Shown: positions 8,850 to 17,737 of the stretch, piece by piece
How positions within the stretch are numbered: position 1 is the first letter of the stretch
Layout of the letters: each line of letters starts with the position of its first letter
DNA from: Bacteroidota bacterium
GTDB taxonomy: Bacteria; Bacteroidota; Bacteroidia; Chitinophagales; LD1
NCBI GenBank assembly: GCA_026391075.1
Contig: JAPLES010000005.1
Location: 72,660 to 136,659 of the forward strand
Direction of reading: 5' to 3'
DNA: 64,000 nt
Translations under genes and position numbers: made by a program
The notes under the pieces: generated by a model
Told to the model about the DNA's origin: nothing
The model's database searches: none
Seen by the model: only the letters and a program-made list of their open reading frames with translations

Positions 8850-11117
8850 TTAGTAAGTTCTCTCTAACACAAACCAACTGAAGGCGCGCAGGTTCAACTT
8901 TACCATTGAATCGCGCAGCAGCGGATCTATCTTTTTCCAGGCGCGTTCCAAAATTGTTTTGGCTTCGCGCTCGCACAGTTCAATCGCCTTTACTTTATCG
9001 AGTAATGAAACGGCTTCAGCAATTAGTTTTAGATTTTCGGTTTTCATGCTCACAATCTGCCACAAACGAGCGCGGTCTTTTTTGTCGAGCAATGCCAACG
9101 CTTTCGCAATCGGGTAAGTAATTTTTCCCGCTGTAATGTCTTCGCCTTTTGTTTTCAGATGGTCTTTGAATCCTTTGAGGTTAAGGGTGTCGTCAATTAT
9201 CTGAAACGAAATGCCGAGCGCTTCAAAATAATTTCCCATGGCTTCTGCCTGCTCATCGGTTCCTTCGCCAAGCAAAACGCCAATGCGCGCTAAGTATGCA
9301 GCAGGAGCGGCAGACTTTAAACGGTGTGTTGCAATTACTCTCTTCTGCAAAAGTTTTGCGATCTCATCATCTTTCAATGCAGCAGGCATCATGTAATCCA
9401 ATCCGTAAATATCCATTGCCTGACCGCTATGCGATGCGCGCATCGCTTCAAAATAAGCATTGTAAATTTTCACTTTGCCTTCGGCATATTTATCAATGTG
9501 ATAAATACAATACTGACCAATGAAATATGCCGCTGTGCCGCTATTGATTGCCGTAGCTTCACCATGCACCACGTGCGCGGCAGGTCCGCCTCTGCGCACG
9601 GTAGATTTATCCTGCACATCATCCACCATCAACGAACCTACGTGCATCAACTCAGGAAGAGCGAGCCAGTCAATTGCTATTTGCGAGTTTCCGCCTACGG
9701 CATCGCAACAAGCAATGGTGGCGTAACTACGCCAGCTCTTTCCGCTGCGGTCGGTTATTTCGCGAATAGGTTTAATGAACTTTTCGATGTAAGCATTCTT
9801 GTCGAGCCCTTCGGTTAAATGTTTGTTTCCCTTTTTAGAAACCAATTCTTCAAACTTTTCCTGTGTAGGGTCGAGTGGTAAAATTTTGCGCACCGAAGCA
9901 AGGGTAGCTTTTGAAACGGCTTTCAAAAACTCTTTCATGTTGCTGCTGTTTACAAAACCGTGGCGTTCGATGTAAGCAGGTCCGCTCACCTTCTTGCCTT
10001 TCATTTTGCCGGTCACATTCATTCTTCCTTCCCAAAAAGCGGGCTTCGAAATTACGGTGGCAAATTCCTGATTAGGAAAAGCGGCATCGGCAATTACTGA
10101 CAACCCGAATTCAGAAACATCTAATTTCCATTTAGAAGGATACTCATTGAACGTGCGCGTACTCGTCCATAATTCGCCAACTGGCTTGAGTGAAAATTTT
10201 GTGGAGTAATGCCGCTTGCCTGCTTTATCAATCATGATAATGAACGAGCCGCAGTCCTCTCCTGTTTTCAAATCAATTAAATCGTAAGCAGTGAGTTCGC
10301 AGCCGTTATCGAGCTGCATCGCAATCCAATTCCACGATACATCTTTTTTGGCTTCATCTATTTGACCTTCTTTTCTTTCGGCATGACAACCAAATTCATG
10401 GTCGTACCAACCACTTGCCGATTTAATTTTCAGATTTTCTTTCTTCAACTTCAATGTTCCTTTCACTTCGCAACGCGGAATGAAATAGTAGAACATATCT
10501 TCTGCCGAAACACCGCGCACTACTCCGTTATCACCTTGACGCACGGGTGCTTTCTTCGGTTTGAAATTTATATCTACACCTAACTTCAATTCTTTGTGCG
10601 CCAGATGAAGCTGATACGAGCCGTCTTTTAATTTCTCAAAAGTATTGCCATCGTAATTCAAATTCAGTTTGGTGTAAGAAATAGTTGGTGTTTTCTTCAA
10701 CAACTCATCGGGGTAAGGCATTACACCTTTGCTCAGCATTTCAATTCCCGCTCTGCGGATGTAAGGGTCTTTTACCAGTTCGCCTTTTTTCAAACGCTCC
10801 AAACCTAGTTTTGGCGCGCGCTTATCTACCAATGAAACGGTGTGATATTTTTTCTCTTTCAAATCACTGATTCCCCAAATAACCGAGTGACCATAATCTG
10901 ATTTGCCCGTTGCTTTATCGTAACTGATGGCGTGTTGAAAAAACGAAGCAAAGAGCGAGAACTCTCTTCCGTCTTCTACTTTTATATGACTGTGCATATA
11001 CCACCATTCGGTTGAGGAAGAAAGATGAGGCAGGTCGTGAATATTTAAATCAATGGGGCCGTCTTTGGGCCAATCAGCAGCGAAGAATTTAGAGGGAGAA
11101 GAAGATTTTTTTTTCAT
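8850..11117 (-). CDS. Fusion protein with an N-terminal CrtC/AttH-like (hydroxyneurosporene synthase/lipocalin) domain and a C-terminal polyprenyl (GGPP-type) diphosphate synthase domain
   Basis: N-terminal half carries STEWWYMHSH, YYFIPRCEVKG, GWYDHEFG, WNWIAMQLDNG and FWEGRMNV..GPAYIERHGF. C-terminal half carries LMVDDVQDKSTVRRGGPAAH (first Asp-rich motif) and FQIIDDTLNLKGF...KGEDITAGKITYP (second motif, DDxxN form). It is one uninterrupted 755-codon frame. Confidence 0.8.
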   Translation of the reverse strand: MKKKSSSPSKFFAADWPKDGPIDLNIHDLPHLSSSTEWWYMHSHIKVEDGREFSLFASFFQHAISYDKATGKSDYGHSVIWGISDLKEKKYHTVSLVDKRAPKLGLERLKKGELVKDPYIRRAGIEMLSKGVMPYPDELLKKTPTISYTKLNLNYDGNTFEKLKDGSYQLHLAHKELKLGVDINFKPKKAPVRQGDNGVVRGVSAEDMFYYFIPRCEVKGTLKLKKENLKIKSASGWYDHEFGCHAERKEGQIDEAKKDVSWNWIAMQLDNGCELTAYDLIDLKTGEDCGSFIIMIDKAGKRHYSTKFSLKPVGELWTSTRTFNEYPSKWKLDVSEFGLSVIADAAFPNQEFATVISKPAFWEGRMNVTGKMKGKKVSGPAYIERHGFVNSSNMKEFLKAVSKATLASVRKILPLDPTQEKFEELVSKKGNKHLTEGLDKNAYIEKFIKPIREITDRSGKSWRSYATIACCDAVGGNSQIAIDWLALPELMHVGSLMVDDVQDKSTVRRGGPAAHVVHGEATAINSGTAAYFIGQYCIYHIDKYAEGKVKIYNAYFEAMRASHSGQAMDIYGLDYMMPAALKDDEIAKLLQKRVIATHRLKSAAPAAYLARIGVLLGEGTDEQAEAMGNYFEALGISFQIIDDTLNLKGFKDHLKTKGEDITAGKITYPIAKALALLDKKDRARLWQIVSMKTENLKLIAEAVSLLDKVKAIELCEREAKTILERAWKKIDPLLRDSMVKLNLRAFSWFVLERTY

Positions 11118-11234
11118 TAGGCAGCGTTACATTTTTTTCGAGGCTGCGATAATAGAGAATAAATAAAGTGGAGGTGCTGCTATTTTTCATCTAGTAAAGG
11201 GAGTGAACTAAGTTTTGAGTTTTATAAAACCGGA

Positions 11235-11894
11235 ATGTTTCTGATATTTCAAAAAAATAGAGTCATGGGCATGTTTAAGCGATTTCAACTTTGGAAAATT
11301 AATAAGCACCGCACCGAAGCCTTCAGTGATGGTGTGTTTGCGATTATCGTAACACTACTAGTGCTTGAAATAAAAGTGCCTCCCCTGAACGACCACACCA
11401 GTTCGCAGGAATTGCTTGACGCACTTGTTGGTTTGTCTCCCAAAATTATAAGCTGGGTGGCGAGTTTCTTTTTTATTTCGGTGATGTGGGTGCAGCATCA
11501 CAATCTGTTTCGCATGAGCGAGAAGATTGACTACGGCATGGTTTGGCTCAACGATATTTTTCTACTCTTCATTTGCTTCATGCCTTTTCCTACGGCTCTC
11601 ATGGGCGAGTATCCGCACAATCGCCCCGCGGTTTTGCTTTTTGGTTTAGATGTAACCATTGCCTCGCTGGTGCAGGTGTGGATGTATTACTACGTGGCAA
11701 AAAATTATTTGCTGAGCCACTACGACCAGAAGAATGTAATGCGCAATGTGAAGCGGTCGTTTATGCTGGCGCCTATGTTATTGATTGTGGCAACGGCCGT
11801 TTCGTTTGTAAGTTTGGTACTGCCCTATATTATTTACCTGATTGTTCCTTTCTTTTTTCTGCTGCCGTTTGATGAGGAGAAGGAAAATTTGTAA
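11235..11894 (+). CDS. TMEM175-family potassium channel (DUF1211)
   Basis: Signature RTEAFSDGVFAIIVTLLVLEIKVP plus six hydrophobic helices. Alternative starts are at 11265 and 11271. Confidence 0.75.
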   Translation: MFLIFQKNRVMGMFKRFQLWKINKHRTEAFSDGVFAIIVTLLVLEIKVPPLNDHTSSQELLDALVGLSPKIISWVASFFFISVMWVQHHNLFRMSEKIDYGMVWLNDIFLLFICFMPFPTALMGEYPHNRPAVLLFGLDVTIASLVQVWMYYYVAKNYLLSHYDQKNVMRNVKRSFMLAPMLLIVATAVSFVSLVLPYIIYLIVPFFFLLPFDEEKENL

Positions 11895-11958
11895 AACCGA
11901 AATCAATAAATTTACAACGAAATGAAATTTTTAAAATTGACCCGCTTAAATAAAGTGT

Positions 11959-12192
11959 ATGAATCCGAGAGTAGAAAAAGTAAAACCGCAGGCTGATTAT
12001 ACGTTGCACCTTGTTTTTAAAAATGGTGAGGTGAAAACTTTTGACGTAAAACCTTATCTGGAAACGGGTGTTTTTAAAGCGTTGAAAAACGCTGTGCTTT
12101 TTGCTACTGCACGTGCAGAATATGGCACCGTGGTTTGGCAAAACAATATTGACTTTGACCCTGACACTTTGTATTTAGAAGGCACCGCATAA
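11959..12192 (+). CDS. DUF2442 domain protein
   Basis: 77 aa. The pattern V..V.P..DY.L.L.F.NGE...FD..PYL and F..L.....F......G.V.W.N.IDFDPD.LY is typical of DUF2442. Confidence 0.55.
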   Translation: MNPRVEKVKPQADYTLHLVFKNGEVKTFDVKPYLETGVFKALKNAVLFATARAEYGTVVWQNNIDFDPDTLYLEGTA

Positions 12193-12200
12193 TTTTCAAA

Positions 12201-12704
12201 TCACTTCTCCGCCTTCAACGCCCTAATCATTTCTCCATAGTGCAAACCGCGCAACATGGCGTTTAGGGTTTGGGTAATTCGTTTGGCTTTGGTGGCGTCT
12301 GTTTTAGCACTGTCAATCCACTTGCTGAAATATTTTTGTTCAGAGCCCGAAAGTTTTTTGAAATTCTCCATTGCCTTCGGCTCGTCTTCTAAACAGGCAA
12401 TCATATCTTGGTTAAATTGAAAAGCCGATTCATCTAAAACCAATTGCACTTGCAGTTGCGCGCCTTTGCGTTTGCCAATAGCTTTGCGCATGGCGGCATT
12501 CAGCGGCATTATGAAATCGCCTTCGCCCATAGGTATAAGGGCAACCTGCTTAATAGCATGGTTGTCTAATTTTCCTTTTACGCGAAACGATTTTTTGAGT
12601 GGAGAAAGTTGTTGCGCCTGCTCAGCAGGAATTACAATATGAGTCCAGCCGGTTTTTTCGCCCTGCTCATCAAATTTTAAAATGGTGGTGGTGAATTTTA
12701 TCAT
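12201..12704 (-). CDS. DUF1905 / YdeI-OmpD-associated family protein
   Basis: N-terminal TGWTHIVIPAEQA...FRVKGKLD (DUF1905-like) and C-terminal FKKLSGSEQKYFSKWIDSAKTDATKAKRI (YdeI-like). Confidence 0.6.
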   Translation of the reverse strand: MIKFTTTILKFDEQGEKTGWTHIVIPAEQAQQLSPLKKSFRVKGKLDNHAIKQVALIPMGEGDFIMPLNAAMRKAIGKRKGAQLQVQLVLDESAFQFNQDMIACLEDEPKAMENFKKLSGSEQKYFSKWIDSAKTDATKAKRITQTLNAMLRGLHYGEMIRALKAEK

Positions 12705-12713
12705 GCGGTAACT

Positions 12714-14255
12714 TTATGCCGCCCAGTCTTCTCTATCCAAACTTCTAAACTGAATGGCTTCGGCAAGGTGTTCGGTTTTAATGTCGGGGCTGGCGGCTAA
12801 ATCGGCAATGGTGCGGCTTACTTTTATAATGCGGTTATAGGCACGCGCTGAAAGATTTAATTTTTGCATAGCGCGGCTCAACAAATTTTTACCGGCATCG
12901 GTAATGGTGCAAATTTCTTCCACCATTTGTGGCTCCATTTGCGCGTTAGAATACAAGTTAGCTTTTCCTTCAAAACGCTTCTCCTGAATTGCCCGTGCCT
13001 GAATAACCCGCGCACGAATACTTTCACTGGTTTCGAATTTTTTTGTGCTGGAAAGTTCGTTAAAGGCAACAGGTGTAACTTCCACATGCAAATCAATTCT
13101 ATCCATCAAAGGACCCGAAATTTTGTTCAAATATTTTTGAACAACTCCGGGAGCGCACACACATTCCTTTTCCGGATGATTATAATAACCGCACGGACAC
13201 GGATTCATAGAAGCTACTAACATAAACGAAGCCGGATAGGTAATAGAAACTTTAGAGCGCGAAATAGTCACGCATCTTTCTTCCATTGGCTGACGCATCA
13301 CTTCCAGCACGGTGCGTTTAAATTCCGGCAGCTCATCTAAAAACAAAACACCGTTATGTGCCAATGAAATCTCACCGGGTTGCGGATTACTTCCGCCCCC
13401 AACTAGCCCGGCATCGGACACCGTGTGGTGCGGAGAGCGAAACGGACGCTGATAGATAAGTGAACAATCCTTTGCAAGTTTTCCCGCAACGGAATGAATC
13501 TTAGTTGTCTCTAACGCTTCATTCAAACTAAGTGGAGGCAGAATGGTTGGGAAACGTTTTGCCAACATGGTTTTACCCGCGCCCGGTGGACCAATGAGAA
13601 TTACATTATGTCCGCCCGCAGCCGCTATTTCCAATGCGCGCTTAATATTTTCCTGCCCTTTTACATCCGAAAAATCAAATTCGTTTTTTAAAACATTGTT
13701 CTCAAATTCTGCTCGGGTATCAACTACGGTGGGTTCAATTTTTTCTTTGCCCTCTAAAAAATTAATCACTTCGCGTAAAGTTTCTACGCCTATAACTTCT
13801 ATGTTGTTTACAATGGCAGCTTCGCGCGCGTTTTGTTTTGGCAGAATAAAACCTTTGAACTTTTCTTTACGCGCTTGTATGGCAATAGGCAGCGCACCTT
13901 TAATTGGCTGAATCGTTCCATCGAGCGAAAGCTCGCCCATGATGATATACTTATCAAGCAAATCGGTTTCAATTTGCCCTGCACCGGCAAGAACACCAAT
14001 TGCCATAGTTAAATCATAAGCAGTGCCTTCCTTGCGTACATCGGCTGGCGAAAGATTGATTACCGTTCTGCGTCTCGGCATTTCAAGCCCTATATGCTTT
14101 ACGGCAGTTCCTATTCTGAACATAGATTCTTTCACTGCGTTATCGGGCAAGCCAACGGTAAAGTAATTGGGCTGACCGTTCTCAACGCTTACTTCCACTG
14201 TAATGGTAGCAGCATCAACTCCGTAAACCGCGCTTCCAAATGTTTTTACCAGCAT
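12714..14255 (-). CDS. comM: YifB/ComM family Mg-chelatase-like AAA+ ATPase
   Basis: N-terminal Lon-protease-like domain (GLPDNAVKES, GELSLDG). Walker A LIGPPGAGKTMLA and Walker B GVLFLDELPEF. A C-terminal Mg_chelatase_C block (LSARAYNRIIKVSRTIADL) is also present. Confidence 0.9.
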   Translation of the reverse strand: MLVKTFGSAVYGVDAATITVEVSVENGQPNYFTVGLPDNAVKESMFRIGTAVKHIGLEMPRRRTVINLSPADVRKEGTAYDLTMAIGVLAGAGQIETDLLDKYIIMGELSLDGTIQPIKGALPIAIQARKEKFKGFILPKQNAREAAIVNNIEVIGVETLREVINFLEGKEKIEPTVVDTRAEFENNVLKNEFDFSDVKGQENIKRALEIAAAGGHNVILIGPPGAGKTMLAKRFPTILPPLSLNEALETTKIHSVAGKLAKDCSLIYQRPFRSPHHTVSDAGLVGGGSNPQPGEISLAHNGVLFLDELPEFKRTVLEVMRQPMEERCVTISRSKVSITYPASFMLVASMNPCPCGYYNHPEKECVCAPGVVQKYLNKISGPLMDRIDLHVEVTPVAFNELSSTKKFETSESIRARVIQARAIQEKRFEGKANLYSNAQMEPQMVEEICTITDAGKNLLSRAMQKLNLSARAYNRIIKVSRTIADLAASPDIKTEHLAEAIQFRSLDREDWAA

Positions 14256-14310
14256 AAAAAAGAATGATGCGAACTAAAGTAAAAACATTTATTAATCAGA
14301 AGTGTTTTTA

Positions 14311-14347
14311 CTCGCCCCGATTCCGCTGAAGCGGGACAAGGCGAGGG
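14311..14347. repeat. GC-rich imperfect hairpin (REP-like) in the comM / hemolysin III intergenic region
   Basis: CTCGCC...GGCGAG outer stem with an inner TCCGC-TGAA-GCGGGA stem. Only a single copy is seen in the window. Confidence 0.35.
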
Positions 14348-14417
14348 CACAAAAAACATTCGACCCCGTTTTGCGTTATTATAGTTATTCAGCATTTTCA
14401 CTCGACACATTTTTTAT

Positions 14418-15071
14418 ATGAGCAGACGCGAACAAACCATTAGTGAAGAAAAAGCAAACTACATTACACATGCATTCGGCATTTTGTTTTCACTGATTGC
14501 TATTCCGGTGTTGCTGATTTATGCAACACAAAAAAGTTCTGCCTCCACCGTTTGGGGCGTAGCAGTTTTCAGTTTCGGAATGCTGATGGTGTATATGGCT
14601 TCAACTATTTATCATGCCACAAAGCAAAACACTACCGCTAAACGTGTGCTCCGCATTTTCGACCACATCGGCATTTTTGTAATGATAGGCGGAAGCTATA
14701 CTCCGTTAGTTATAAAGTATACGGACACGAGCACGGCAACTTTATTTCTCGGAACCATGTGGGGCATCATTTTATTTGGAAGTCTTTTGAAAATTTTCTA
14801 CACCGGAAAATATCTCTTGCTCGAAGTCGGAATTTATCTCGCGCTTGGGTGGATGATTGTGTTCATCATTAAACCGCTTATTGCAAATATGCCTTCGCAA
14901 ATTTTTCTGTTCATTTTAGTGAGTGGAATTTTTTATTCCATTGGTGTGGTTTTCTACTTATGGAAAAAGTTGAATTACCATCATGCCGTGTGGCATGTGT
15001 TTGTTTTAGCGGGAACAGTCACCCATTTTTTCGCTGTCTACAATAGTATTCCTCTCAACATTAAACTTTAG
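14418..15071 (+). CDS. Hemolysin III / PAQR family membrane protein
   Basis: Seven TM segments with motifs ANYITHAFG, TIYHAT, FDHIGIF and HAVWHVFVLAGTVTHF. Confidence 0.8.
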   Translation: MSRREQTISEEKANYITHAFGILFSLIAIPVLLIYATQKSSASTVWGVAVFSFGMLMVYMASTIYHATKQNTTAKRVLRIFDHIGIFVMIGGSYTPLVIKYTDTSTATLFLGTMWGIILFGSLLKIFYTGKYLLLEVGIYLALGWMIVFIIKPLIANMPSQIFLFILVSGIFYSIGVVFYLWKKLNYHHAVWHVFVLAGTVTHFFAVYNSIPLNIKL

Positions 15072-15128
15072 TTAGCCCCTATTGCTTGTTTTTAGCTGAA
15101 ACATATCTTCGCATTTTCAGTAAACAGA

Positions 15129-16379
15129 ATGACTAAAGTTTTTGAACCGAAAATCTTTACCACAGTGAAAAATACGAAGCATTTATTTGCAGGGCTCTCG
15201 CTTTTGCTATTGCTGTGTATTCCATTCAGTCCCAGTTCGGGTGCGGGAAATCCAAGTACTCCTGGTGTTACCGAAACCGAAAACTGTTCCGATGAAATTC
15301 TGCCGCTTAGTTTAGAAGAAATTTTTTCGAAAAGAGTTTCAGACCAATTGGATTCTTTTTACAGAAGACGACATAAAGTAGATGGCTTTAACGGTTGTGT
15401 TATGATTGCCAAAGATGGCAAGCCAATTTACTCCTGTGCGTTTGGTTACGGCAATATCGGTTGGAAAGACACCCTTACTACCGAATCTTCCATTCAATTG
15501 GCTTCTGTTACAAAAACATTTACTTCTACTGCCATTCTGCTTTTAGCAGAGCAGGGATTTCTTTCCCTGGATGATTCGGTACAGAAATTTTTCCCTGATT
15601 TTCCTTATCACGGAATTACGATTCGTCTTTTGCTTAGTCACCGCACAGGCTTGCCCGACTATACTTACTGGGATAAATATTTTATAGGAAAGGATGTGCA
15701 GTATCTCACCAATCAATCGTTGATGGAATTGCTGGCGGCTAAAAAACCACAGGTGCGTTGTAGACCAGACCACATGTTTATTTACTGCAACACCAACTAC
15801 GCCATTCTAGCTTCTATTATGGAGAACGTAACGGCTATGTCGTATCACAAATTCATGCACGATTTTATTTTTTCTCCGCTCGGTATGACCAACACTTTTG
15901 CTTATGATGCGGGAAATTCAGCAGGGCAATATTGCACTATCAGTTATGATTCGAAAGGAAGAATATGGAAAGATTGCCCGAGTGATGGAGTGGTAGGTGA
16001 CAAGGGAATTTATTCATCGGTTGATGACATGCTCAAGTGGGATAACGCTTTGCGTTCGGGATTAATATTGAGTAAAGAAAGCTTGGAAGAAGCCTATAAG
16101 CCGCGCAGTTTAGACCGTTATTCTTTTGCGAAGGAAAGAGATAAAAACTACGGCTACGGTTGGAGAATGATTAAGCAGCCCGATAAATCGTATTTGATTT
16201 ATCACAACGGATTTTGGCACGGCAGCAATAATGTTTTTGCGCGCGATTTAAATAATGGATTCACTGTAATTATTCTTGGAAATAAATCGAACCACGCCAA
16301 CTATTGGACACAGCCCATCTGGAATACCCTCGGGCAAATGAAGAATTTAGAGACCATGGCTGAAGGCGAAGTGCAGTAA
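15129..16379 (+). CDS. Serine hydrolase, class C beta-lactamase/PBP-like family
   Basis: SxxK motif LASVTKTF, YxN motif IYCNTNY and the conserved block LLSHRTGLPDY. N-terminal hydrophobic signal. Confidence 0.8.
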   Translation: MTKVFEPKIFTTVKNTKHLFAGLSLLLLLCIPFSPSSGAGNPSTPGVTETENCSDEILPLSLEEIFSKRVSDQLDSFYRRRHKVDGFNGCVMIAKDGKPIYSCAFGYGNIGWKDTLTTESSIQLASVTKTFTSTAILLLAEQGFLSLDDSVQKFFPDFPYHGITIRLLLSHRTGLPDYTYWDKYFIGKDVQYLTNQSLMELLAAKKPQVRCRPDHMFIYCNTNYAILASIMENVTAMSYHKFMHDFIFSPLGMTNTFAYDAGNSAGQYCTISYDSKGRIWKDCPSDGVVGDKGIYSSVDDMLKWDNALRSGLILSKESLEEAYKPRSLDRYSFAKERDKNYGYGWRMIKQPDKSYLIYHNGFWHGSNNVFARDLNNGFTVIILGNKSNHANYWTQPIWNTLGQMKNLETMAEGEVQ

Positions 16380-16527
16380 ATTAAAATCTTCTGGTACAAA
16401 AATTCTTCTTTGGCTTCTTTTCTTTTTCTTTTGGTGAAATCCCGATTTTAAATCAAATTATTTTTCGATGAACGGTTGGGTTCTTTAATCAATGATTGAA
16501 TAAAGTCTGTGCCAAACAATAGCAGCA

Positions 16528-17544
16528 TTATTCTTCATAACCCAGTTTCTTATAATTGGGTTGCGGGCTAGTTGAATAGGCATCTATTCCGTAAGAATTA
16601 ATGGTTTTTAAAATGCTATCGATTTGTACTGTAGTAAAATTTCTTTCCCAATTCAATAATTGGTTTTCGCCAGTTAAAATTCCTGAACCGCTTTTTGTGG
16701 TAGCACTTGGCTTAAGCATTCTCGAAAAAATATCGGATGAAAAACGAATGCCCAATCGATTCGAAATTCTTTCCATCTCAAATTGTGGTCTGCTCACCAA
16801 ACTTTCATAGGATACTGTAATCCATTTTTTGTTATTGTATTCGTGGGTTAACGGTACCACGTTATTAAGTGCCCACCAATTCGCAAACATTTCTTCGCGG
16901 TTTTTTATCCCTTCAATATTTGCCCGGTACTTTTCAAAAATTTGGCTGTATCTCGACTTCTGATTCGCAAAAATACTTGCCTTTTCATCCATACCCGAAA
17001 ATGCCGAATGCCGGTATTGTGATGAAATTACAGAAAGCGGATGTCGAACCAAATAGATCGGCAGAATATTGAAGCTATCAACCAGCCAAGGCAAAAGCAG
17101 GTTAGCTCTACAAAATTTAAACATCAAACTATCTACAATTTCCGGGTTAAAATTGGCTTCAGGGTTTGCAAATATGCTCGAGTAATTTAGCTCAGAGCCG
17201 TTAAACAGCGCGTTAAAATAGTCCGTGGCTTCGGGCCAAACAGTGCCTTGAGGAATGTACGGCATATGCCCAATCTCTTCTCCAAATTTTTTCAATTTAT
17301 ACTGAGCAACTATTTTGTAGTGTAATGGTTCCCAAATAATCAATCTATTTTTTTCGCTCAGAACTTCGGCAAGCCAAGTTGTTCCTCCTCTGGGTTCACC
17401 TGATATAATCAAGTGTTTTAGATGTTCCCTAAATCGCCCTGTGCCTTCATTCTTTTTCCTGAATTTTTCTATCGCTAATTTTTGTTTGAAAATTTCGAAC
17501 TGCCGGCCATAATTCGCAAGCCTTTGTTTAAACGGAATGGACAT
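16528..17544 (-). CDS. Sulfotransferase-fold protein (PAPS-dependent type)
   Basis: A 5'-PSB-like loop GEPRGGTTWLAEVL and a 3'-PB-like LVRHPLSVISSQYR. Spot counts give about 32-35% GC. Confidence 0.5.
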   Translation of the reverse strand: MSIPFKQRLANYGRQFEIFKQKLAIEKFRKKNEGTGRFREHLKHLIISGEPRGGTTWLAEVLSEKNRLIIWEPLHYKIVAQYKLKKFGEEIGHMPYIPQGTVWPEATDYFNALFNGSELNYSSIFANPEANFNPEIVDSLMFKFCRANLLLPWLVDSFNILPIYLVRHPLSVISSQYRHSAFSGMDEKASIFANQKSRYSQIFEKYRANIEGIKNREEMFANWWALNNVVPLTHEYNNKKWITVSYESLVSRPQFEMERISNRLGIRFSSDIFSRMLKPSATTKSGSGILTGENQLLNWERNFTTVQIDSILKTINSYGIDAYSTSPQPNYKKLGYEE

Positions 17545-17737
17545 AGGATGTTGTTTGAGAGCGAAAAATAAGAAAAGCGTTTACGTTTAATTCAGCAAAA
17601 GTCTTTGCCTGAAGCAACCGTACTAACAAAAATGCAAGTAAAAATTTGGTGGCAACAAGGCAAATGGAACAGATGAACCGCATGGTTATTACACAATTTA
17701 TATTTTCACCCACCGTTATAGCGGTTCAAATTTCAGC

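Noticed and set aside
9324-9818. A 164-aa antisense ORF, plus several others in the track (1491-1868, 4446-4883, 13543-13911, 29344-29868, 36537-36992, 40417-40785, 61574-62120).
   Set aside because: Each lies wholly inside a longer ORF on the opposite strand that has clear family motifs. They show no motifs of their own and have odd composition.
11106-11114. A T9 run (A9 on the coding strand) immediately after the start codon of the CrtC-prenyltransferase fusion gene, considered as a possible phase-variation tract.
   Set aside because: It simply encodes the MKKK N-terminus that is very common in this genome (many genes here start MKK). Without read-level variation there is no support for slippage.
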